Shown here in pieces: positions 57,222 through 64,000 of a stretch of DNA of 64,000 nt. The stretch is from Candidatus Marinacidobacterium sp. GTDB taxonomy: Bacteria > Acidobacteriota > Vicinamibacteria > Marinacidobacterales > Marinacidobacteraceae. A program made the position numbers and the translations under genes. How positions within the stretch are numbered: the stretch's first letter is position 1; the number at the start of each line of letters is the position of its first letter. The stretch is from the NCBI GenBank assembly GCA_965220965.1, contig OZ244852.1:32001-96000 (forward strand). The letters run 5' to 3'. The notes under the pieces were generated by a model that made no database searches, had not been told where the DNA came from, and worked only from the letters and a program-made list of their open reading frames with translations.

Positions 57222-58657
57222 CCCGCGACCGGCGCGCCGTCTCCGCCGGGGAGGCCCGGCAGGGGCTCCTCTTCCCCCTGCGCACCCGGGTCCACTTCGT
57301 GGGCATCGGCGGGGTCGGGATGAGCGGCATCGCCGAGGTGCTGCTCAACCTGGGGTACCCGGTGAGCGGTTCCGACCTGCGCTTCGGCCCCACCGCCCGC
57401 CGCCTCGCCGACCTCGGGGCCCTCGTCTTCGAGGGACACGCCGCGGAGCACGTGGAGGGGTGCGATGTGGTCGTCGTCTCCTCCGCCGTTCCCGACGACA
57501 ACCCGGAGGTTCTCCGGGCCCGCGAGCGCCACCTCCCGATCATCCCGCGCGCCGAGATGCTCGCCGAGCTCATGCGGATGAAGTTCGCGGTGGCGGTCGC
57601 CGGCTCCCACGGCAAGACGACGACCACCACGATGATCTCGGCGCTGCTCGACCACGCCGGCCTCGACCCGACGATGGTCGTCGGCGGACGGGTGGCCGCC
57701 ATCGGAAGCGGCGTCCGGCTGGGGAAGTCCGAGATCCTGGTCGCCGAGGCGGACGAGTCGGACCGCACCTTCCTGCGGCTCCTGCCGGTCGTGGCGGTGG
57801 TGACCGGCATCGACCGGGAACACCTCGACGCCTACACCGACATGGGGGATCTCTGCGACTCGTTCCTCCAGTTCGTCAACATGACCCCGTTCTACGGAGC
57901 GGTCGTGCTCTGCCTCGACGACGGGCGCCTCCGGGAGCTTCTCCCCCGGATCCGCCGCCGGGTCGTGACCTACGGCCTCGGCGAGGAGGCCGACGTGACC
58001 GCGACCGGGATCGAGATCACCGCGACCGGCTCGCGCTACCGCCTGCAGATCCGCGGGGGACTCGCCGGCGAGGTCCGGCTCTGCCAGCCCGGGGTGACCG
58101 CGGTGGTGAACAGCCTGGCGGCGGCGGCGGTGGGACTCGAGTTCGGAGTCGGGGGCCGCGACCTCGCCGCCGGTCTCTCGGCCTATCCGGGTGTGGACCG
58201 GAGGTTCCAGCACCGGGGCTCGGCGGCCGGCGTCCGGGTCGTGGACGACTACGCCCACCACCCGACGGAGATCCGCGCGACGCTCGCCGCGGCGCGGGCG
58301 GGCGGCCCGGCCCGGACGGTGGCGATCTTCCAGCCGCACCGCTACACCCGCGTCGAAGCGCTCCACGCCGACTTCTGCGAGGCGTTCGGCGACGCCGACC
58401 TGGCGGCGGTGACCGACATCTACCCGGCGGGCGAGGCGCCGCTTCCCGGGGTGGACGGAGAGAGCCTCGCCGCCGGGATCCGCGCGGCCGGCCATCCGGA
58501 CGCCCGCTACGTCGGGTCGCTCGAGGCCGCAGCCGAGCGGATCGTCCCCGACCTCGAGAGCGGCGACCTCGTCCTGACGCTCGGGGCGGGAAGCATCACC
58601 ACCCTCCCCGACCGCCTCCTGGAGGCGCTCCGCGCCCGGGAAGGCGTGAGCGGCTGA
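57218..58657 (+). CDS. murC: UDP-MurNAc--L-alanine ligase
   Basis: HFVGIGGVGMSGIA, AGSHGKTTTT, EADESD, DDYAHHPTEI, FQPHRYTR. Confidence 0.96.
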   Translation: MTRDRRAVSAGEARQGLLFPLRTRVHFVGIGGVGMSGIAEVLLNLGYPVSGSDLRFGPTARRLADLGALVFEGHAAEHVEGCDVVVVSSAVPDDNPEVLRARERHLPIIPRAEMLAELMRMKFAVAVAGSHGKTTTTTMISALLDHAGLDPTMVVGGRVAAIGSGVRLGKSEILVAEADESDRTFLRLLPVVAVVTGIDREHLDAYTDMGDLCDSFLQFVNMTPFYGAVVLCLDDGRLRELLPRIRRRVVTYGLGEEADVTATGIEITATGSRYRLQIRGGLAGEVRLCQPGVTAVVNSLAAAAVGLEFGVGGRDLAAGLSAYPGVDRRFQHRGSAAGVRVVDDYAHHPTEIRATLAAARAGGPARTVAIFQPHRYTRVEALHADFCEAFGDADLAAVTDIYPAGEAPLPGVDGESLAAGIRAAGHPDARYVGSLEAAAERIVPDLESGDLVLTLGAGSITTLPDRLLEALRAREGVSG

Positions 58658-58659
58658 CG

Positions 58660-59577
58660 ATGCGGATCAGGGAACGCGCCCCGGCGGCGCCGCCCGAACT
58701 GCGCCTCCTGCTGGACGGCGAGCGTCGGAGCCGGGGGCCGGATGCGCGGCTGATCGTCCCGCGGGCGCCCGAGCGCGGGGTGGTCGTCGTCCTGCTGCGG
58801 GTGGGGGCCGCGTCGCTGGCGCTCGTCCTCCTGCTCGGGATCCTGCTGGGACTCGCCTTCGCCGGGGAGATGGACCCGGTCGCGCCGGAGATCGCGATCC
58901 ACGGGCCGGGCCGGCTGGCCCCCGGAGAGGTTCGCGCGCTGCTCGGCTCGCCGCCGGTGACCGACGCCGTCACCGTGAGGTCCCGGCTCCTCTCGACCGG
59001 GTTGCTGGCCGAGGTGGTCGCCGAGGGAAGCGCGTTCGGGAGGCTGCGGGTCCGGGCCACCGAAAAGCGCGCGGTCGCGCTGGTCGACGCCGATCCGCCG
59101 CTGGCGCTGGCCGCCGACGGAACCGTGCTGGGCCGGGCGACGGCGGCGGACCTCGACTGGTCGGAGGCGACCGACCTGCCGGTGGTCCAGGGGGTCTTCG
59201 CCGCGGACGGGACGGCGTCCCGGTCCGGAAGCTGGGCGCCGCCCGAAGCCGGCGGCGCGCTGCGCCTGGCCTCGCGCCTGGCGGGCGAGCTGCGGCGGCG
59301 CCCGCGGCTCGACCGGCTCGTTTCCGAGATCCGCGTCGACCGGGGGCCGCTCGAAGTCATCGCGGTGACGCGGCCGGGCGGACTCGAGGTGCTTCTGACC
59401 CGGGACCGGTTCCTCGCCGGCCTCGAGGTCGTGGCGGGCGTGCTTCCGGCGCTGACCGCCAGGTGGCCGGATCTTGCGGGGATCGATGCGCGCGCGCCGG
59501 ACCGGCTGTTCCTGACCGAAGCGCAACCCGCTCCGGCCGAAACGCGTCCGGACGAACAAGGAGGGAGCCAGCCGTGA
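58660..59577 (+). CDS. ftsQ: Cell division protein FtsQ/DivIB-like (divergent)
   Basis: Single TM, short POTRA-like segment, LRVRATEK.AVA, DLPVV.G, C-terminal IDAR. Lies between murC and ftsA. Confidence 0.7.
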   Translation: MRIRERAPAAPPELRLLLDGERRSRGPDARLIVPRAPERGVVVVLLRVGAASLALVLLLGILLGLAFAGEMDPVAPEIAIHGPGRLAPGEVRALLGSPPVTDAVTVRSRLLSTGLLAEVVAEGSAFGRLRVRATEKRAVALVDADPPLALAADGTVLGRATAADLDWSEATDLPVVQGVFAADGTASRSGSWAPPEAGGALRLASRLAGELRRRPRLDRLVSEIRVDRGPLEVIAVTRPGGLEVLLTRDRFLAGLEVVAGVLPALTARWPDLAGIDARAPDRLFLTEAQPAPAETRPDEQGGSQP

Positions 59578-60869
59578 GGAACCAGCCCGATGTGGTCGCC
59601 GCGGTGGATCTGGGCTCGGACGCGGTCCGGACGGTGCTGGTCCGGGTCCCCGACGAGGCCGCGGAGGCCGAGAACCCCGACGCCCTCGAGGTTGTGGCCC
59701 AGGGACAGGCGGAGAGCGAGAACTCGATCCGCTACGGCGAAGTCGTCCGCGAGGCGAGCGCTTCGGAGGCGGTGCGGCTGGCGCTCGAAGAGATGGAGCA
59801 GGCCGCCGGAATCGAGGTGAACACCGCGTGGGTCTCGCTCGGAAGCCGGACCCGCCGGAGCATCAACTCCTCGGGTTCGGTCGCGGTGCTCGACCCGGCG
59901 CGCCCGATCACCGAGCGGGACGTCCGCCGGGCGGTGGAGGCGGCGATCCCGCGGGGCGGCGGCTGGCTGCGCCCGCCCTACGAGCTGCTCCATGCGCTTC
60001 CCCAGGAGTTCTGGGTGGACGATCTGGATGCGACCGACGACCCGGTGGGGTGGCGGGGGGCGAGCATCCAGTCCTTCGTCCACCTGATCGCCTGCCCGCG
60101 CTCGGTGCTCGTCGGGCTGGAGAAGGCGGTGAACGGCGCCGGGCTGGCCGTCGCCGGGCGCGGCGCCGGCGGCGTGGTCGCCGCCCCGCTGGCCGCCGGC
60201 TACGGGGTGCTCCACCGCGAGGAGCGCGGGGGCGACGTCCTGCTGCTCGACATCGGCGCGATGACGACCGACATCGCGGTCTTCCGGCGCGGCGTGCTCT
60301 GGCACTCCGATGTCATGCCGAGCGGGGGCCGGGCCTACACGAACGACATCGCCCGCGGACTGGGCATCGCCCACGCCAGCGCCGAGCGCATGAAGCGCCG
60401 CTCCGGCACGGCGCTCGTCGAGTCGGTGGACGCAGACGACCTGATCGAACTGGACCGGACCGCAGCTCCGACGGCCTCGCTCCTTCCCAGGCGGCTGCTG
60501 GCCGAGATCCTGCAGCAGCGGGCGCTCAGCGACTTCATCAAGATCCGCGACCAGCTTGGACGGGCGCTCTCCTCCGGGCTCCCGCGCCAGGTCGTCCTCA
60601 CCGGCGGCGGAGCGCGACTCGACGGCCTCAGCGAGGTGGCCCGGGTCGTGTTCGGCGTCGATGTCCACAGCCGCGGCCCCGGCGATCTTTCCGGCCAGAG
60701 CGATGTGGCCTCCCAGCCGCAGTTCGCCGGCGCCGTGGGCCTCGCCCGCTACGGCGCGCGCCAGCTCCGCATCGCCCCCCGGTCGCCGGCCCTCCCGCTG
60801 AAACCGATGCTGGAATCCGTCCGCGGCCATCTGCGCCGCGTCACCGGACGGCTCCGCCGCGCCCCATGA
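59574..60869 (+). CDS. ftsA: Cell division protein FtsA
   Basis: AAVDLGS, LHALPQEF.VD, LLDIGAMTTD, GG...TNDIA, AERMK, VVLTGGGARL. Confidence 0.92.
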   Translation: MRNQPDVVAAVDLGSDAVRTVLVRVPDEAAEAENPDALEVVAQGQAESENSIRYGEVVREASASEAVRLALEEMEQAAGIEVNTAWVSLGSRTRRSINSSGSVAVLDPARPITERDVRRAVEAAIPRGGGWLRPPYELLHALPQEFWVDDLDATDDPVGWRGASIQSFVHLIACPRSVLVGLEKAVNGAGLAVAGRGAGGVVAAPLAAGYGVLHREERGGDVLLLDIGAMTTDIAVFRRGVLWHSDVMPSGGRAYTNDIARGLGIAHASAERMKRRSGTALVESVDADDLIELDRTAAPTASLLPRRLLAEILQQRALSDFIKIRDQLGRALSSGLPRQVVLTGGGARLDGLSEVARVVFGVDVHSRGPGDLSGQSDVASQPQFAGAVGLARYGARQLRIAPRSPALPLKPMLESVRGHLRRVTGRLRRAP

Positions 60870-60911
60870 GCAGCGGTCGACTCCCCGTACTCCCCATCCA
60901 GGAGGCTATCC

Positions 60912-62411
60912 ATGGCCATGATCCTCTTCGCTGACGAACCGGCTTCCTCCTCCGTCGAGAAGCTCGCGCCCCCTCCGATCGCGTTCGCGGCGCCCTCCCC
61001 GTCGCCGCCAGCCGGGGACGCCTCCGCGCCGGCTTTCCCGCCGCCGCCCTCGAAGCCCGCCGCGCCGCCGCCCCCGAAGCCGGCCAGGCCGAGGCCGCGA
61101 CGCGCGGCCGACCGCGCCGTCATCAAGGTCGTCGGCGTCGGTGGCGGAGGCGGCAACTCGGTGAACCGCATGATGGAGGCCGGCGTCTCCGGCGTCGAGT
61201 TCATCGCGGTGAACACCGACGCCCAGGTTCTGGACCGCTCCGGGGCGCCGGTGAAGATCCAGATCGGCCGGGACCGCACCGGAGGGCTCGGATGCGGCGG
61301 GGATCCCGAGCAGGGGCGGCTCGCCGCCCGGGACGACATGGACGAGATCATCGACGCGGTCCGCGGGGCCGACATGGTGTTCCTCGCTGTCGGCGAAGGC
61401 GGGGGCACCGGGACCGGCGCCGCGCCGGTGGTCGCCTGCGCCGCGCAGGAGCTGGGAGCGCTGTGCGTTGCGGTGGCGACTCGCCCGCTCACCGTCGAGG
61501 GGCGGCGGCGCCGCGAGGCGGCGGACGACGGAATCCGCGAGCTGCGCGAGTACGTGGACACCCTGATCTGCGTCCCGAACGACCGGGTGCTCGAGGTCTA
61601 CGGCAGCCAGCCGATCCGCGCCGCGTTCCGTTGCGCGGACGATGTGGTGCGGCAGGCGGTCCAGGGGATCTCCGACCTGATCCAGACACCCGGCGAGATC
61701 AACCTCGACTTCGCTGACGTCCGCGCCGCGATGCGCGCCCGGGGCGACGCCGTCATGGGGATCGGAGTCGCCTCCGGGGCGGACCGGGTGGAGCGCGCCA
61801 CCCAGGCGGCGATCGAGTCTCCGCTGCTCGAGGACACCTCGATCCGCGGCGCCACCAGCATTCTCGTGAACGTCACCGGCGGCGAGAGCCTGACGCTCGA
61901 CGATGTGAACCGGGTCATGGAGCTGGTGCGCGAGGCGGTGGCGCCCGACCTGTCGGCCGGGCCCGGCGTCGAGCTGACCGACCCCGGAGACAACATCTTT
62001 CTCGGCACCGCGTTCGACCCGGAGATGGACGAAGAGGACGGCGGCCGGATCCAGGTGACGGTGGTGGCCACCGGCTTCCCGGACCGCAACCGCCGGGGCG
62101 CGACGCCGAGGGACTTCCTCAACTACGCGGCCCGCGCCCAGGCCAACGGAACCGACGGGCGGGCGAACGGTGGGGTCAACCCGGCGGAGGAGGAGGAACA
62201 AGGGCCGGCTTCGACGCCGGAGGAGCCCATCCGGATCTTCCGATCGGGAGGCGGGGAGGCGCGGCCGGCGCCGGAGCCCGCGCCCGCGACGTCGGCGGCG
62301 CCGGTCGAGGACGCGCCTTCGGTCTTCGACGCCCAGGAAGACGGCGACAGCCGCTGGGGCGACCTGGACACGCCGCCGTTCCTGAACCGCGGCGGCCGCC
62401 GGGAGCACTAG
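60912..62411 (+). CDS. ftsZ: Cell division protein FtsZ with Pro-rich N-terminal extension
   Basis: IKVVGVGGGGGN, NTDAQ, GGGTGTG, INLDFADV, VTVVATG, C-terminal DLDTPPFL. AGGAGG RBS. Confidence 0.95.
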   Translation: MAMILFADEPASSSVEKLAPPPIAFAAPSPSPPAGDASAPAFPPPPSKPAAPPPPKPARPRPRRAADRAVIKVVGVGGGGGNSVNRMMEAGVSGVEFIAVNTDAQVLDRSGAPVKIQIGRDRTGGLGCGGDPEQGRLAARDDMDEIIDAVRGADMVFLAVGEGGGTGTGAAPVVACAAQELGALCVAVATRPLTVEGRRRREAADDGIRELREYVDTLICVPNDRVLEVYGSQPIRAAFRCADDVVRQAVQGISDLIQTPGEINLDFADVRAAMRARGDAVMGIGVASGADRVERATQAAIESPLLEDTSIRGATSILVNVTGGESLTLDDVNRVMELVREAVAPDLSAGPGVELTDPGDNIFLGTAFDPEMDEEDGGRIQVTVVATGFPDRNRRGATPRDFLNYAARAQANGTDGRANGGVNPAEEEEQGPASTPEEPIRIFRSGGGEARPAPEPAPATSAAPVEDAPSVFDAQEDGDSRWGDLDTPPFLNRGGRREH

Positions 62412-62423
62412 GAGTTCGTCGAC

Positions 62424-63245
62424 CTGATCGAGGTCCTGCCCGCCGGGTTCGGGTGGCGGCTTTTTCCGCCGGGCCCGGGGCAACTCCCGGTCGAACGGCC
62501 GGTCGGGCTTCTCGTCGCGCCCGACTTCCCGGCGACGCACGGCTTCGCCTGCCGTTTCCGGGAGTCCGCGGCCGGGGACCTGGGACGCCGGGAGGCGGCG
62601 GCCTCCGACCTCGCGCTGCTCGCCGGCGCGCTGGGCGCCAGCGGGCTCCACGAACTGCGCCAGGTCCATGGCCGGAGCGTGCGCCGCTTCGGGACGGACC
62701 CGCCGGCGGCGGGGGCGCCCCCTCCGGAAGCGGACGGCTTCGTTGCGCTTCCCGGCGCGGCGGGCGCGGTGATCAAGACCGCGGACTGCGTTCCGGTCCT
62801 CCTCGCCGATCCCGCGACCGGCGCGGTCGGGGGGGCCCATGCCGGATGGCGGGGGAGCTGTCTCGGTGTGGCGCGGGCCGCGGTGGAGGCGCTCGCCGAA
62901 GCCACCGGGAGCGCGCCGTCCAGCTTCCACGCGCTGATCGGACCGGCGATCGGCCCCTGCTGTTTCGAAGTGGGGCCGGAAGTCCCGGCGGCGTTCGCCG
63001 CCGCCGGCAGGGATCCGGCGCGGATCACCGCCGCTGCGCCGAGCGCCCGCGGGAGGCCCTGCCTCGACCTCCCGAAGGAGAACCGGCTCCAGCTTCTGGA
63101 GGCCGGACTCGACGCCTCCCGGGTGACGGTCGCCGAAGTGTGCACGCGCTGCGAGCCCGCCTTCCACTCCTACCGGCGGGAGGGGTCGGGGGTCGGCCGG
63201 AACTGGTCGGTGGTCGTCCCGGCGGCCGTTCCCCCCGAACCGTAA
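62424..63245 (+). CDS. pgeF: Peptidoglycan editing factor / purine nucleoside phosphorylase YfiH-YlmD family (probable CTG start)
   Basis: HGF, QVHG, ADG, TADCVPVLL, HAGWRG, GPAIGPCCFEV, CTRC..FHSYRR..GR. HGF and QVHG lie upstream of the first GTG; AGGAG RBS 9 nt before CTG 62424. Confidence 0.9.
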   Translation: MIEVLPAGFGWRLFPPGPGQLPVERPVGLLVAPDFPATHGFACRFRESAAGDLGRREAAASDLALLAGALGASGLHELRQVHGRSVRRFGTDPPAAGAPPPEADGFVALPGAAGAVIKTADCVPVLLADPATGAVGGAHAGWRGSCLGVARAAVEALAEATGSAPSSFHALIGPAIGPCCFEVGPEVPAAFAAAGRDPARITAAAPSARGRPCLDLPKENRLQLLEAGLDASRVTVAEVCTRCEPAFHSYRREGSGVGRNWSVVVPAAVPPEP

Positions 63246-63255
63246 GAATCACCCC

Positions 63256-64000
63256 ATGTCCAAAGCGTCCCACCTCCTCGCTGTCACCCTCGTCCTCGCT
63301 CCCGTCGCGGCCGCCGCCCAGGCGCAGGAGCCGCCCGCCCGCGACCCGCGCCACTACGAGCTGCTGGAAGCGGTCTCCGCCGAGCGGATCGAGGCGGATA
63401 TCCGCACCCTCGCCGGATTCGGGACGCGGCACACGCTCTCGGAGACCGAAAGCGACACGCGGGGGATCGGGGCCGCCCGCCGCTGGATCCACGCCGAGTT
63501 CACCCGGATCTCGGAGGCCTGTGGAGGCTGCCTCGAGGTGTCCTTCCAGCGGACCGTCGTCCCCGGGAGGGAGGGGAGCCGGATCCCGGTGGACACCGAG
63601 GTCGTGAATGTCATCGCCAGACTCCCGGGCGCCTCGGACCCGAACCGGGTCGTCATCATGTCCGGGGACATCGACAGCCGGGTCTCGGACGCGAACGACT
63701 TCACCAGCGACTCCCCGGGGGCGAACGACAACGCCTCGGGCATGGCGGGCGCCATCGAGGCCGCCCGGGTGCTCACCCGGTCCGCCGGGTCCTTCGCGGC
63801 CACGATCATCCTCGCCGGCCTCTCGGGCGAGGAGCAGGGGCTCTTCGGCGGCCGGCACATGGCCGAACTGGCGACCCGCGAGGGCTGGGACGTCCAGGCC
63901 GTCCTGAACAACGACATGATCGGGAACATCGAGGGCGTGGACGGGGTGATCCAGAACAACTCCTTCCGGGTGTTTTCCGAGCCGACTCCGGTGACCGAGA
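63256..64000 (+). CDS. Exported M28 family metallopeptidase (runs off window)
   Basis: Manual translation from ATG 63256: signal peptide, GFGTRHTLS, NVIARLPG, SGDIDSR, GANDNASG, GEEQGLFGG, LNNDMIG. Confidence 0.9.
   Translation, partial: MSKASHLLAVTLVLAPVAAAAQAQEPPARDPRHYELLEAVSAERIEADIRTLAGFGTRHTLSETESDTRGIGAARRWIHAEFTRISEACGGCLEVSFQRTVVPGREGSRIPVDTEVVNVIARLPGASDPNRVVIMSGDIDSRVSDANDFTSDSPGANDNASGMAGAIEAARVLTRSAGSFAATIILAGLSGEEQGLFGGRHMAELATREGWDVQAVLNNDMIGNIEGVDGVIQNNSFRVFSEPTPVTE

Noticed and set aside
62409-62426. ftsZ TAG is in frame with pgeF, suggesting amber read-through or a pyrrolysine fusion
   Set aside because: FtsZ ends with its normal C-terminal peptide, which must be free to bind partners. 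An AGGAG RBS with a CTG 9 nt later explains pgeF more simply, and no pyl genes are seen.

Overview
Very GC-rich bacterial chromosome segment (roughly 70% GC by eye). Gene content and order (dcw cluster, MqnD futalosine enzyme, LapB-like TPR protein, STAS/ECF module) suggest a diderm, plausibly Acidobacteriota; this is an inference. Most of the window is housekeeping: folC-accD, fadD-gatB-udk-mqnD-coaX, acnA, hisS, rho, rplU-rpmA-obgE-nadD-rsfS, a type IIA topoisomerase pair, a ychF-like gene, and a dcw cluster from mraZ to ftsZ-pgeF. No tRNA, rRNA, CRISPR array, transposase or integrase was recognised. The notable items are: (i) an accessory islet at 15.2-16.9 kb with a lipoprotein and a secreted 8-Cys peptide with near mirror-symmetric Cys spacing, whose UGA is followed by an in-frame open frame and a hairpin; (ii) a coupled module of an apparently metal-site-degenerate S1/P1-fold exported protein, an ECF sigma, a STAS protein and a small orphan, with no recognisable anti-sigma; (iii) a highly structured ~150-nt RNA in a long leader before an atypical rho; (iv) at least four genes that appear to need CTG start codons; (v) an orphan UDG-fold protein facing an in-frame Fpg/Nei-Thr/Ser dehydratase fusion; (vi) tandem cstA paralogs with a GGT, a degenerate YchF and a pair of orphan TM-coiled-coil proteins. 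All family calls come from motifs read by eye; no database searches were run.
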